Positions 24,781-38,300 of a stretch of DNA of 64,000 bases are shown piece after piece. How positions within the stretch are numbered: position 1 is the stretch's first letter; each line of letters starts with the position of its first letter. Origin of the DNA: Mytilus edulis (Eukaryota). Made by a program: the position numbers and the translations under genes. The stretch covers positions 52,700,001 through 52,764,000 of the forward strand of contig NC_092355.1 of NCBI RefSeq assembly GCF_963676685.1, written 5' to 3'. The notes under the pieces were generated by a model. The model saw only the letters and a program-made list of their open reading frames with translations. It did no database searches and was not told where the DNA came from.

Positions 24781-25257
24781 ATGATCAGTGAATACACTGT
24801 CGAAGTGAATCGATCCATTCTTAATATCGTAAATGCATTCCTTGCTCAAATTTGCCATTTAAATAGCTGTCGCTTATTAAAAGTTGTATAAGGAATTTTG
24901 TAGGTATACCTAAATTGTTCTATATCAGTATTAAACAAACGTTTTGCGAGAGGTTCCTATATCAATCAAGTTGACTTTTATTGATATAACATTTGAATTA
25001 GTATTTAAGGTCCAAGTTTATTTTCATATGGACCATCATATTGTTAACATTTTTTTCTGTAAAACATGTATAACCAATATAATACGATACAGTTCTATTT
25101 TTTTTATTAAGTTTATGTCAAAAGGATAAATACATGCAAAATGCAAACAATAACTTAGTCTTTCACTTGATCACAAGTATTTTTGCCTTTGATGTTGATG
25201 TAATTGATCCCGTAGGTGAAAACATTGTAAACACGTCAAACAATAACAATATAACAA

Positions 25258-25830
25258 CTTATCTTACCTCTTATACATTTCTAGGAATGTGATTGGTTAA
25301 AAGCGTCTGCGTGAAGACCGTGTATATTTGATATTAAGATAGTAGGGTGGCGGGGCTTATTTCATATACGGTTAGTAGTGGAGTTACGTCCCTTTATATT
25401 CCATATTAGGTAGTAGGGAGGCAGGGCTTATTTCATACACGGTAAGTAGTGTTGCTACGTCCCTTTATAAACAAAACAAACAAAACGGAAATGAGAAAAA
25501 ATCTTAAAGGTTTCAACAGACGAAGAAATCGATGATTACGATTAAAATAAATTCATTAAACAAATTTAAACCTAACAAGTTGTTATCGTTGGCTATTGTT
25601 CTTGTAGAATCAATAGAAGTAGTTTCTTAATGCTAACAGTATTGAAGACTGGTATGCTCATTTTGATAAGTCATAAGTCTAAATTTGACTCGTTAAGATA
25701 GTTGGTAAGATAAATTCGTTACATAGTGTGCTAGTAACGTAATACGGTACATATGGGGTCAGTAAATTCCATATGGAATTAATTGACCCCATATATACCG
25801 TATTAGGTCACTAGCACACTATGTAACTAA
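25258..25830. mobile_element. Non-autonomous fold-back element with ~110-bp terminal hairpin (25718-25827)
   Basis: gttacatagtgtgctagt ... actagcacactatgtaac arms; left end ttatcttacc is complementary to ggtaagataa at ~25704. Confidence 0.6.
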
Positions 25831-26289
25831 TAATATGTATTTTATAATTCCATATGTTGAAAATGTATGTATATATCATGTATGTTCAAACTCAGACAAC
25901 TTGACTAACTTTTGGTTCGATTTATATTTTTACTTTTAGATACTTTGCTTTTGATAGGTGAAAAAACTGTCACAATTAACACTAACAATAGTGGTTTTGT
26001 TTTTGAAAGCAAAACCAACTGTATGCCCAGTAATGATTTATTTTGACTTTTGTTTCATCATTAATGCTACTTACATAATATTATTAAATATTCGAAAGAA
26101 ACCAACAGAAGTCAATTTAGGAATACGATATACCAGATAAAAGATAACCCAAATTCGTTGAAATCCCTCGTAATATTTCCAACGACTCCAGATTACCTTC
26201 GTTATACAAATGTGAACAAATTGTAAGACAAACTAATACATGTAATATATGATCATAATAAAAAACAACAAAAAGTAAGTTTGAATTTT

Positions 26290-28690
26290 GGCAATTTTTT
26301 GTCATGGATTTATTAGGACAGTTCAACTATGTATCAACCGGCCAACGAATTTGCATTCATCGACAATTTCTCATTAATGTCCAAGATAAAAACATTGAAG
26401 GGCAACCATCATATGTTTTCTCCAAATGGCAACTGGGCTACCAGACGCCAACTGTGATAAATTTAGCCAAATGCTAGCAAACTCCGTTTGTGAGCATCGC
26501 CAAACAAAATTTATCAATCCATGACAAAAAATTCACACTTAAACAAATTCTGAAATTACATAGGTTTTTAAATTTAACCATATCAATTGAACGTAGTAGA
26601 TCAACCATACTTACAACAGTTCAACGTAGTACATGTTTATGAACTATACTATACAACAGTTCAACGTATTATATCAACCATACTATACAACAGTTCAACG
26701 TAGTATATCAACCATACTATACAACAGTTCAACGTAGTATATCAACCATACTAAACAACAGTTCAACGTAGTATATCAACCATACTATACAACAGTTCAC
26801 CGTAGTATATCAACCATACTAAACAACAGTTCAACGTAGTATATCAACCATACTAAACAACAGTTCAACGTAGTATATCAACCATACTATACAACAGTTC
26901 AACGTAGTATATCAACCATACTAAACAACAGTTCAACGTAGTATATCAACCATACTAAACAACAGTTCAACGTAGTATATCAACCATACTATACAACAGT
27001 TCAAGGTAGTATAACAACCATACTATACAACAGTTCAAGGTAGTATAACAACCATACTATACAACAATACAAATATAAGCAATGTGTACAACTCAACATT
27101 TATTCACTTGACCGGAGTCCTATGTTCAAACCAATTTGAAACTGAACTCTTATAAAGGATTTCCCATTAATATGGTATAAAAGCGGACCATTATTTCCAG
27201 GTCTTATTTGCAAAAAAGTTATCAAATTACGTAAATGTAGAGGACAAATCTCATTTGTTTATTTTTATCAACAAACTTTTAAAGTAATGGATCTCCCTTT
27301 TTTATTTAGTTCAGAAAAAACTATAGTAATAAAAAGCTGACTTTACATGATCAATATATATCTCGCCTATGTTCAACATGTGATGGAGTGGCAAGTTCAC
27401 TCGCACGTAAAAATGCAGCACATACGAAGTTACATGCTGTTTGAAGCTTATAATTTTTATATTTCAAATTGCAACAATAGCCAAATTACCACAATGAAAT
27501 TCATTTAAATGCATAAAAAGATGACTAAAGCATAGGTATTATTTTTAAATAAGTGATGTCAACTAATAAAACTTTGTCCCAATTATATGGCTATTTTGAA
27601 AATGATCATGACCCATTTAAATAAACTGCACAACCCAAGAAAAAACCACCTGCACTGTCAGCATACAAATGTAAATCAGCATTAGAAAAGAGTTCATTTA
27701 CATTATATGTAAATTATCTTTTGTTAAAACTTCCTTTTGGGTTTTGTCTATTAGCAGAGTTGTTTAGGAAAGGTGCAATGTCATTCCTATTATACCTAGA
27801 TGGATCAGTATCAATTTCATTGTCCATAAATCGACGACATCTCAAGGAAGAGTGATCTAAACCACATTTGAGACATGCATGTCTGTATTGGCAATTGCGT
27901 TTATTGCAAAAACCTTTAAAATTTAAATCGTAGCATTTATTACTAACATCAGCGTGTTGTTGTTTTGAAGTATTGGCAGTTAAAATACGTAACTACAAAA
28001 AAACATCTATGGATGACCATTTCTTTCTATGATCCCTTGATACCCTTAAACGGAATTGTTGGTCATAAGAATAGCATTTTTCAAAAGAATGATCAGCTGC
28101 TGCACCCCTTATTATGGACATATACGAAAAAAGTTCACTTGCCTTTCCAGGATACCTTTCGATAAGGACCTTGGCATAGGCAATAAATGAATCAGTCCAA
28201 TCTTCAACAGAACTAACAGTATGGTTTTTTTTTTAACTTTGTTTGGAATAACTAGCATACCCTCATTGATGCCAATTGTGTTTTCATTATTTGTTTGGCT
28301 GTTAAAATTCTTACGGTGCATCAGAGACAAATCAATGTATTCAAAATTCCAAATTTGTCCTTAAGTTTTTGGCTTATAAATATGTCAACTTCATTAAAGT
28401 CAGGTAACAGTAGAGGTTCATCATAAACTTCATTTACCTCACCTAATGCAGCTAATTGCGGCTCATTCACTCGAATGTCAACAGGTCGCATGGCAACTAA
28501 TACGGGTTCATCAACCCGCAGTCTTCTTTATATATATGCTTCTTGCTCTACATCAGCTGGCGGACGCCTTCCCACATTTCTCACAACTGGTTGTGGCTGT
28601 TGTACTTCCCTGGGAGCCCTCCTAACCCGAAGCTCCGGACCTCTAACCTAGTCCTGTCGGCGACGTCTACCTTTACCTCTTGGCATTGTT
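26290..28690 (-). mobile_element. Degenerate DIRS/Ngaro tyrosine-recombinase retrotransposon (gag - RNase H - YR), RT deleted
   Basis: MPRGKGRRR start at 28686; gag WTDSFIAY..ELFSYMSIIRGAA..YDQQFRLR..WSSID and zinc finger CYDLNFKGFCNKRNCQYRHACLKCGLDHSSLRC; RNase H LHLYADSAGG..DITYL..FHCGNLAIV (27450-27710); YR FLRASEL..ICPL..FLQIRPGNNGPLLYHINGK (27100-27450). Confidence 0.8.
26575..27068. repeat. Minisatellite, 34-bp unit (caaccatacta[t/a]acaacagttcaacgtagtatat), ~14 copies
   Basis: Period 34 (26675, 26709, ...); two interspersed unit variants; no spacers. Confidence 0.95.
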
Positions 28691-31600
28691 ATAACTATTA
28701 TAATCATAAATACAGACTAGATACATACATCAAGTCTTTAAAGTCCAGATCATATTTAAACATGTATGAATTTAACATATGATAAATTACACAAATTTAA
28801 ATAAATTGAAATACCAAAATGTTTACACTGCGTAGTCTTAACTGAACTTTTGATACATTTTTATGCATCAAAACAAATGAAGTTGATTATAAAAACATAA
28901 CTCAAAACAGCTACGATGTGTTCTTTCTTAACAAAATAAACATCGTTTTAAAAACGTTTGATAGCTTCTATTACCAAGCTTAACTTAATTAAACTATGTT
29001 TCCGCAAATTAAACACACATGTATAAATCATGTAACGTTTAATAAAATTAAACTTTTCCGGTCATGTTAATGATAACACGGCATACACAACATACATTGT
29101 AATTACCTGTTCAAAGTGTATCGCTAATACATTTAAATCAAAATATATCACCTGTAGTAAAGCATTTAATTTTAATGCTAGTCAATGAAATATAAGTGTG
29201 CACACTATAACATAACTATTATTATTAAAATATAGTTTGTTCCGTGTAATATGCTATTCAAGTGAGAGAAATTTTGAGTTAATGAATCGAACTATTTGCA
29301 AGAAATAACTTTCATTTAAAATCAAATAATTTCTTTTACAAATTACAGAAATAAAAATAATCCGGAAAATACAATTGCAGTAACTAATCTAACTATCAAT
29401 AAAACTTTATGTACTTATCTTATGTCCGAATCTGCCTGTCCTTTTTGTGTTCCTTCAGAGTTCAAATCACGCAATGAACAAATCACGAAAAGCATGCAAT
29501 TTTATACCAATTAAAAGCGGGAAAACCGCTTATGAAAAATGTAGGTTAACAAAAGACGCTTAAGTCCGTCAAAATTAAAGAAAAGTTAACTCTAGTTTAG
29601 CAGACGATACTCTCAATTTATTAAATTGATTTAATGCTGAATGATTAAATCTTAATAAAAAAAACAAATACAATATAGATTTTTAAAAGTAGTTTTCATG
29701 ATTTGATGCTAAGTACTGATTAGCATGCTGTCTGCTTATTGATATTGTAAAATATCAACTGGAAGTCACAATATGAAGCTTTTTGTTGAGTGCGCTCTGC
29801 AAACAAGATACAAAAGCCTTCATATATTGTGTAGAGTAACTAACATTTTACCATCTCAATATGCAAATAACCTGATAATCGAATTATTAGGTTGTATTCG
29901 TGTCGTTTGGAAGATGACTTGATAAGTTCAGGTCAATCTTATAATGTCAGTTCAAATATCATGACGTAGGTAATATGCTCGGGTCAAAGTTATCAAGGCC
30001 AGGTCAACTATTAAAACGTCATACAGCCGTGTATGCAACTTTATTAAGAGTTAACAACAAAGTAATGTTAACAGTGGGACGACCGATGAACTTTGCTATC
30101 ACATATACAAGAGAAGGATTCGGAGTTTGAAAAGATGTTTAGTCCTGTCACATCTTAGTATATATAAAAGTTTAAAACTAAGTGTTCAAATCTGCATTGA
30201 ACTTCGTATGAATAACCATGAAAAGATAGAAGTTAATAACAGGACATCATTTAACACACATCATTCCCGTGTTCACCAGATGACAATTGAAAATGATTAG
30301 ACAAGTGCTTATTCGTAGACAGACTTTTTTAATATTGGAATTGCCAAACTGTATACATTATAAATCAATTACTCAGTTCATTAAAGAAAAAGGCAAAATA
30401 TGTACATAAGGTTTCGGAAATACATTCTGTCCAGTCGTACTCTCACCCCAAACAGAAAGAATAGATAAATAAAACAATAATTGACCTTCGATATGTTATC
30501 ATATTATAGAGAAAGATAATGCCCTTTGGAAAATAGAACCGAAAATCAACATAACCCAAACGCAACTTCGAGTTATCTTGAATTGTCTGTCGATTGTTTG
30601 GTGTGCTTTAGAAGATCTTATCGAACAACAACCTGTAACACAACCTGACATTACGTGGTACTGTTTAGACTACGACTTAAACACTTACTACTACAACAAT
30701 AAAAATAAAGACAGACAATACAATGCAGACTTTATTAGTTTCATCCCATTCCCCAGCTCATTTCTGAAAACGTATCAGTTGGCAATACTGAAGGTCATGG
30801 TAAATCATTAATTCGCCTTAGCATATTACGAAACGGCTTATATTCTGTGTTAATACACTTCGCAAACGTATGACAACAAGTGGTAATAAAACAAACTTTA
30901 TATTGTACAGAGTTCATTGATCTTCTGAGGCAACCCAAAGGAACAATAAATTATGGATTCGGGTGTTACATCGTAAGGGAAAAATCGAATATTATAGTTT
31001 TCATATAACAATAATTTTCAATAACGTACAGCTTTATAACTGAGTTTGTTAAAAGGAATTTATCAACTGTTTTTCAGCATTGTTAAATTATGTGCCAGTC
31101 TATCCATTATTACCCTGAACAGAAAACACTACAATAATGTTGGTTTGCATAATAGATATAATCTTAATATTTGTCCCTTGAACGTGTTTAAAGAAAAGCA
31201 TGAATAAAAATAAATTACTACAACATTAGACCCAAATTGTAACGTGTTGGCACCAGCTATATTAGTTGAACGGTAGACATATAAGGTGATGTAGATGTAA
31301 CACTGTACACACACGTCATCCTAGTGTTATTTTGAAAAGCGGATTAAAAGTATATTGCATTATCTAATTTTTTGTTCTTAATGCTATGAAAATCAATATT
31401 ACAAAAATACCAAACTCCGAAAAACCCAAAACGGAAAGTCCCAAATTGAATGGCTAAAACATATCAAACGAATGTACAACAAATCTCATACTTTTGGTAC
31501 ATCCATGTTCTATGTAAAACATTGTAGATTCAACCTTGTGTTCACGCTAGCAAAACCTTTTTACTTGTATGCTAGTCTCATAAAAATACCATTATATTTG

Positions 31601-31783
31601 CAAAAAACTGTGAACTAAACAAATAGACGTGATCAGTAAACATTTCTGCAAGATATATCATTTTGAGGGCTCTTTATCATGTTTATAGCTTGGTGTCCGT
31701 TTCGACCAAATACTCCGTCTTTATAGCTTACTGTTTGATTTGAAATAAGTCGGCGTGTTGGAGACCGTACTTTGACCTAAAAC

Positions 31784-32513
31784 TAATTCATGAAAGCCAT
31801 AGATTTGTTGGAAATTTACAAGTGGCCTGGGCCGTGATAATCGAATTTTATCCTGAGCGATAGCGAGGGATAAAATTAACGAATATCACGGCCCAGGCCA
31901 TGTGTAAATTTACAACAAATATATGGCTTCCATGAATTATTTCGATTCAAATAGAACAAATAAGTTCATTCAAATACTGTGTGTGTAGCTGTTCTTTTAA
32001 ACTCCTTGTTAGATAAAGCTCGAATACTCTCATAAATCTGCAGCTTGCACTGATTATTTCGTTAATAACCGCTAGAAAAAATATGTTTAATTCTCAAACC
32101 CAATATTTCCGATGTTTTCTCGGAAACTACCGTCAAATCCAAAATTGACATTTCGTTAAACGAATTAAGGAGCTGCCATGTTGACTCGCTGAAATCAAAT
32201 GCAATAGAATAGAAAACAACACAAAACCTAATTCAGAATTCCATTTTAATACAATAATATACGAACTTCGATGGTTACAAAAAAGTTTATATCTTTGTGA
32301 CATTTAAATTAGTATATTATTAGCTTTTTTAATATCGTAACATAAATATCAAGCTTATTTTCATCCCTTGATGACCCCGTGATTGCAGAGAAAGTGTTCC
32401 ACGATGAAATTGACATTGCACAAGATATAGCTACATGTTACAATTTAGGAAAAAATCAAAACTAGTTGCAATATATAATTAATTCTTTTTATTATGCATC
32501 CGAATAAGAATAA
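31784..32513. mobile_element. Non-autonomous fold-back element with ~155-bp terminal hairpin (31784-31939)
   Basis: taattcatg..tggcctgggccgtgata..ttttatcc [gagcgatagcga] ggataaaa..tatcacggcccaggcca..catgaatta. Confidence 0.65.
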
Positions 32514-33562
32514 AAGTTCTTTTGTCTTTTATTTTATTACAATTTTTAATACAATCAAATCATGACAAAGCGTTTTCAAAGTAGGTTCAAATACATGTGG
32601 ATTTACGTGGGAGGTATATTGTAACATCCATTATTAGGTATATTTCTGAGTCTGCGCTAAGTATAGATATATTGAGTTTTTTGACACAGTGTTGTTTACA
32701 AAGCGAAAGAAGGACGTCATATAAGAATTTACTTTTACAGATTGTGACTTGGAATGAGAGTTGTTTCTTGGGCATGCATACCACATATTCGTATATCTAT
32801 GTCTTCATAGTTAGTTTGTTGTTGTAAGTTTGTCGCAGTGTTGTTGTTCTTCATTAAACCTACGAATAGTGTGTGCATCTTAAACTTATATAGTTATTCC
32901 CCTAACAGATTAATCACATTTGTTAAATTTCATAATATAAAAGAAATACATTGTTAATATGAAACAAATATAGACTTAATATTGGCACCTTTTAACGTTC
33001 TGATAAGTTGGGTATTTATACATGTATAAGACACCGAATCATTCAAAATTTCAACCGGGGAGTCCGATAGAATGAATCTTTTTGATAATTACTGCATTAC
33101 GAAAAGGCAATATCCAAAACCAGTCGAATTACTTTAACTTATTTTCGTTCAAAATGTCGTTCAATTTATATTAATTTCATATTAACTAAGGATTTAAATT
33201 TGTGTTCATAATCAATGCGTAGCGATGAAAAGCATTTCGGTTTATTTGATATTAAGTAAGAGGTGTAAAGATATGCATAAAGTTGCTTTTGTATAAACAA
33301 TATTCAATGCTTCATCAGAAATTTAGTATAAAAAAACAGAAGATAATTCATATAAACTTGTTGCTTCGTGAAACCCTTTTCCGTTATCTAAAAAACTCTT
33401 TTATTATTTTAAAACTCCATATAGTATATTCAATGATGCTATATAATTAAAAGGAAAAAAAAACAAATGTATTCACATTTATAACTTTTAATTAGAATGT
33501 TTGCACGTTATCATGGGAGCCCTCCAACGCGTCATGGTATTCGAATACTTCCTTGTTTACTT

Positions 33563-35368
33563 TCATATTAATGATCTTACTATCTCGAGACTTTTATATA
33601 TGTTTCTTAAAGTAAACTTATCAGGTCTAATCAAGTATTGATTCCTCACTGTTAGTTCTAGATCGTGCAGTGCATCATGTTTTCCTCTGTTATTTCCAAG
33701 CTGATAAAAGCAAAGAAATTGTAGAAGATACGAGTACACAACAGGAGGAATACAAAAATATTTTCCGACTATTAAAGATTTCAGTTCGTCTGGCAATAAA
33801 TAGAATGGATATTGAAATGCCACAGCATCAATCATCAAATATTTAAATGCATACAATAATCCCCATTTTTGTTTCATCTGGTTGAAAATTGTCTGTTCAG
33901 CCAAGCTGTTGGCAAAATTTAGATATATCCTATCTGGGGTAGAACTGAATAAACAGTAGTTGATTATATCTAGACATTCCTGAAATCGTTTACAGTTGTA
34001 AAATATAGATGCTAGCCATAACCATGTTGAAGTCGACGATGAACGTAAACTTATCTTGAAAGAACATAATGATTTTTTTAATTGTTGGTAGAACAATTTG
34101 TTTCTAGCCATCATGTTACAAAGATGAGATGATTGTAAAAGTTCAATGGCACATACAGATAGTATGTGTGTAAATTGTTCCTTAGTTAAAAAAACGTTAA
34201 CAAGACGTTCAATTGCAATGTTAATTGATGATATGATTGGCATGGTCAGGTAACAATAACACGACAATTCCGACGCTGATAGTATCACTCCACGCGAATT
34301 AATTGATGCTAATCTGTAGTCCTGAAAAATAGAAGTTTCAAATACAGAAACCCATGGAGATTCATAGATAAACCGTAAAGTGTTCAGTACTGTCTTATGG
34401 TCTTTATCAGTAAATCTGTCTTCAAACAGATTGTTTTCTGGGATGAAGTATTGAAGACATGTTTTATATTCAACACAGTAAATCAGTCGTCTGATACAAT
34501 ACAAGAAACAAGAAATCATATTCTCCGGTTTCCATTCTGATGGACTTATTTCCTCATTTAACCAGAACATTATGGTTTTAAGAAAGTAGGAACAAAGCAG
34601 ATCGCCATGTCTCGGTTTGATGAGATCCTTCAAAATAATTTTCATTAACGCATAACATAATAGTTGAGTATGGGAAAAGGAATAAATCAACATCTTTTCA
34701 GTCATAGAAAACGATACCCGCCATTCTAAGTCCTCATTCGGAGAGTTTTTACATCCAATAGGAACAAATAAAACTCCGTATTCTACTGCTGAAGTTACTA
34801 ATTTGTGATGTAGCCCTGCTGTACGTGATCTGTGAATCCATTGTTGAGCTGGTGTGATCCATTCCTTACATCTTAAACATTCTGCATTATCAAATTCTTC
34901 ACCTAATGTAGACTGGCATGGACCATGAATAACCATGTCATCATCTAAGTCTTTTTCTCGAAAACGTTTACTTGAGATGTAAGTTTCTTTTCCAACAGTC
35001 TCATCACAGTCGTGTATACTACTAATACAATGGTATGCTTTGTTAGCTAACTTCAGTCTTGTAAATCCTGGTTTTGTGTCATTTGTTTCCATAACCAATA
35101 TTGTTTGTTGTGGATCATACTGAACATTATGTAAACTTTCATACACACGAATATAGTTATAAAGAATCATTATATCACAATCACTACCTTTGAGATCTAG
35201 ACCTTCTGATTTACTACCACTGCTTATATAGGTTGAATTTTTTTTATTTTGAACAATGTCCATCGCAGTAAATATCTGTCTTCTTGTCTTTACAACTTCC
35301 TCAGAACCGACGATGTTACACAAGTAATTATAAAATCGAAGTGACAGATTTTTGTCATTAAAATCCAT
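33563..35368 (-). CDS. cGAS-like receptor (cGLR; Mab-21 nucleotidyltransferase), copy 2, 601 aa from MDFNDKNLS
   Basis: SGSKSEGLDLKGSDCDIM, WRVSFSMTEK, SYFLKTIMFW, YFIPENNLF; co-linear with copy 1; start moved to ATG 35368 because it aligns with the copy 1 ATG and follows an acceptor tttttctAG (35383-35382). Confidence 0.92.
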   Translation of the reverse strand: MDFNDKNLSLRFYNYLCNIVGSEEVVKTRRQIFTAMDIVQNKKNSTYISSGSKSEGLDLKGSDCDIMILYNYIRVYESLHNVQYDPQQTILVMETNDTKPGFTRLKLANKAYHCISSIHDCDETVGKETYISSKRFREKDLDDDMVIHGPCQSTLGEEFDNAECLRCKEWITPAQQWIHRSRTAGLHHKLVTSAVEYGVLFVPIGCKNSPNEDLEWRVSFSMTEKMLIYSFSHTQLLCYALMKIILKDLIKPRHGDLLCSYFLKTIMFWLNEEISPSEWKPENMISCFLYCIRRLIYCVEYKTCLQYFIPENNLFEDRFTDKDHKTVLNTLRFIYESPWVSVFETSIFQDYRLASINSRGVILSASELSCYCYLTMPIISSINIAIERLVNVFLTKEQFTHILSVCAIELLQSSHLCNMMARNKLFYQQLKKSLCSFKISLRSSSTSTWLWLASIFYNCKRFQECLDIINYCLFSSTPDRIYLNFANSLAEQTIFNQMKQKWGLLYAFKYLMIDAVAFQYPFYLLPDELKSLIVGKYFCIPPVVYSYLLQFLCFYQLGNNRGKHDALHDLELTVRNQYLIRPDKFTLRNIYKSLEIVRSLI

Positions 35369-35729
35369 ATTTACAATATACCTAGAAAAACATAGATTTT
35401 TCAATACACACCAGTTATTCAATTATTTGAAGAAATATTTAATCAACCCCGTTATACAAATTTATTTGCCGAAACCCCGTCTTGACGAAATGCTTGACCA
35501 AATTTAGCTGACCTCAATATCGGAACAGAGTGCAGCCATAGTCCTTCCAATTATGTTAATTGGCAGGTATTTTGATATACATGTAAGATCGAGAAAAAAT
35601 ATTGAAAATGTTGATACGTAGTTAATCTTTTTGAAAATACAACAAATGAATGTTTTAAGAAAATAACAATTATTTGTTTGTTAAGCATTCCCACCTTTCC
35701 ATGAAAAGACCATATGCTTTTGTTCTCAT

Positions 35730-36323
35730 TATTATAAACAATAATTTCCGTGGGGTTAAAATTTCGTGATTTTGTATCCAAAAGTAAGTTCGTTGGGATT
35801 AATTTTCATGGTTTTTAAGTGTAGAAATGTCATGTTATAATTGACAATACTCGATAAAACTGATCTTAACGTTTGCTGTTGTGAAAAAAACAATAATTGC
35901 ATTTCATAGTTTCATGAGCACAAATCAAGTTCTGTTCCCGCTAACCGGCTTATACACATCTTTGATGTTTTATCCAAGGACAATGATTGTGTAATAAATG
36001 TATTACGACTTGAGGGCATTACAGACGCATTAGACTGTTAAATGACATTGATTGACAGTTCTTGATCATTTTTGATAACTGTACAAACAAAAGATTAGGA
36101 TTATTATTTGACTTAAAGAAAACCTTTGAATATCGTTTTCTAATCAATTAACCTATGAATTTCATTATATGCATCATTTATATAATGTCCATAAGATTTG
36201 TCAGATCATAAAATAATGTAAATCTACGGTAAAATGTTCGTTGGGGTTATAATTTCGAGGATAATTCTTATCCTCGATATAAACGAAATTAGATCCCCCA
36301 CGAAAATTTCTGTTTTTACAGTA
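35730..36323. mobile_element. ~590-bp MITE in the predicted intron of cGLR copy 2
   Basis: Ends aatttccgtggggtt.. / ..cccccacgaaaatttctgtttttacagTA; absent at the homologous point of copy 1 (~14105). Confidence 0.65.
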
Positions 36324-36588
36324 TTACTATATTTTCTTCTGCCTATTTTTTTTTCTCTGATGTGTCGTTGAATTTATATATTTAGTATTTGAATTTAAAC
36401 AGCCTATACGCCTTTGAAACTACTATTGATTAACCAAATACTTTTCCATGTAAGAGTAACTCCCCGGCCACTTGTTATTTCTTATATTTTGCAGCTGAAG
36501 ATGAAGCTGACAATTTTTTTTACCAATTTGCTTGTTTTATCGTCAGAATGTTGTGTTTAACCTTGAAGCGGTATAGAAAGTATAAATG

Positions 36589-37702
36589 TAGGACTCTAAA
36601 GTACGATGGACATGCTGAAGTACGATGGTGTCTCACGCTAAATTGCGATGGTTGTTTGTTTGCTTAAGTACGATGGTATATCACACTAAAGTGCAATACA
36701 CCAATAGGGTAAGGTTCGAGGGTTTAAACGTTGTACAATGATTTTTTTAAATATGTTTGCCAAAAAAGTTGGTATATATTCTAGGGTATAACAAATGTGA
36801 TACATGTAGACTTTATGATATACTGGACTGTAGTGTAGGATTAAGTGATTGATTATAGAATACCAACCACGTAATAATTGCTAAAAAGGTAATTTAGGTG
36901 TGACAAAATACTGTATTTCCTGTTCAATCATTTTTTTAAGGTTCAGGCGCAATTAGAAATATTTGAATAATTGGCGAAGCTTGCCGTTCACACAGCTCAT
37001 CAATATTCTACCCCCCCCCCCCCCCCCCCCCCATTTTACAGTCGTCATTGTAAATTTCAAATTCAAAATGTCGGAATAAGTAATATTTATTTGTACAAGC
37101 TTTAGTCTTAATGCAAGAAAAATGCAATATTCGCCAAGATTTCTCCCTCTTCGTAATGAGTACAAATACATGGTATATTGTCCTACAGTTTTAGCCGACA
37201 ATTTATTATTTACGCTTATTTTCAATAAAATCGACAAATATATTTTAACAGGCACCGCAAAATAAATTGCAACGTATACAATGATATGATTGGATCTACT
37301 CGCTACCAATAGAAACAGGACACAGGAAACCTATGCGTATTCTATTTTGCGTCTATATAGTAAAATGCCAGGTCATGTGCAGGACACGGATCCTTCTTTC
37401 AGCACTAAAAAACGCATTTACAGTTAGGTTTGAAATAATGTCATAGCAATTTGGTTTAATTAATTATCAAAGGTACCAGGATTATTAAAAATAGATGTTG
37501 ATTAAATATTTACTTTACGGCATGTACATTTTTGGTTTATATATAAACGACTGTTAACGTCATAATCCAACTGCGTTTCTAACGTCTATATTTTCGCGGA
37601 CCATTGGACTTTAACGTATGTTAGCATCGCACGTTAGCGTTGACCATCGCACTTTAGCGTGACCATCGTACTTTAACGTCCCCATCGCACTTTAGAGTCC
37701 TA
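36589..37702. mobile_element. ~1.1-kb non-autonomous TIR element in the predicted intron of cGLR copy 2
   Basis: TIRs taggactctaaagt / actttagagtccta with subterminal aagtacgatgg repeats at both ends; absent from copy 1 (~14375). Confidence 0.75.
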
Positions 37703-38153
37703 CATGTATAAAACGTATTTCACCTCCTGTATTTGATAGAAGGGAAATGTATTTGTTATGAACCAATCCTAAGTGATACAGACTTAGGGAATTTTGGCCT
37801 AAAGCCTGTGGTCTATAGAAAGGAAAACGAGGCAAAGGTCAAATACAAATATTTATTTTTACGTTCAAGTGTGTGCATGGAATAACCTACTTAAAGGATT
37901 TTTCTCACTGCTAATATCGTAGTGAATGTTCAATGTTGTTTGCAGAAATATATAAGCCGTCATATTTTTTTTGTTTGTTTTTGTTATTTTAATTATATTA
38001 TTTTTTAAAATTGATAAATATTAACAAAGAAAAGAAACATATTGCTTGAAGTAAATATACCTTTGTGGGAAGGGTATTTCCACCATTTTGAAAAAAAACA
38101 ATGTAATGAACAATCGATACATGTATATTGATAAGCTATTAAAACATACCTAC

Positions 38154-38300
38154 GGAAATTTCTGATCTGTGGTAGGAATTGTAGAATATCGAGTTCAAAT
38201 TAAATGATTTATGCTAATAATGCTCCTTATATAAGTACAGGGTAATCGAAACAGGTTAATACATGTATGGAAAAATGTATATCTACCAGGAAAGTCTATT
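38154..38300 (-). promoter_or_regulatory. Predicted non-coding exon 1 and core promoter of cGLR copy 2 (intron 35382-38153)
   Basis: Donor GTAGGT 38153-38148; TATA cttatataag 38226-38235; GGAAATTTCT; AATCGAAA (IRF-core-like) 38244-38251; highly similar to 14801-14950. Confidence 0.6.

Noticed and set aside
26575-27068. 34-bp array as a CRISPR array
   Set aside because: No spacers; simple tandem repeat inside a DIRS-like relic
35369-35422. 18-aa N-terminal extension of cGLR copy 2 in the ORF track
   Set aside because: Starts at TTG, crosses the conserved splice acceptor and has no counterpart in the copy 1 ORF
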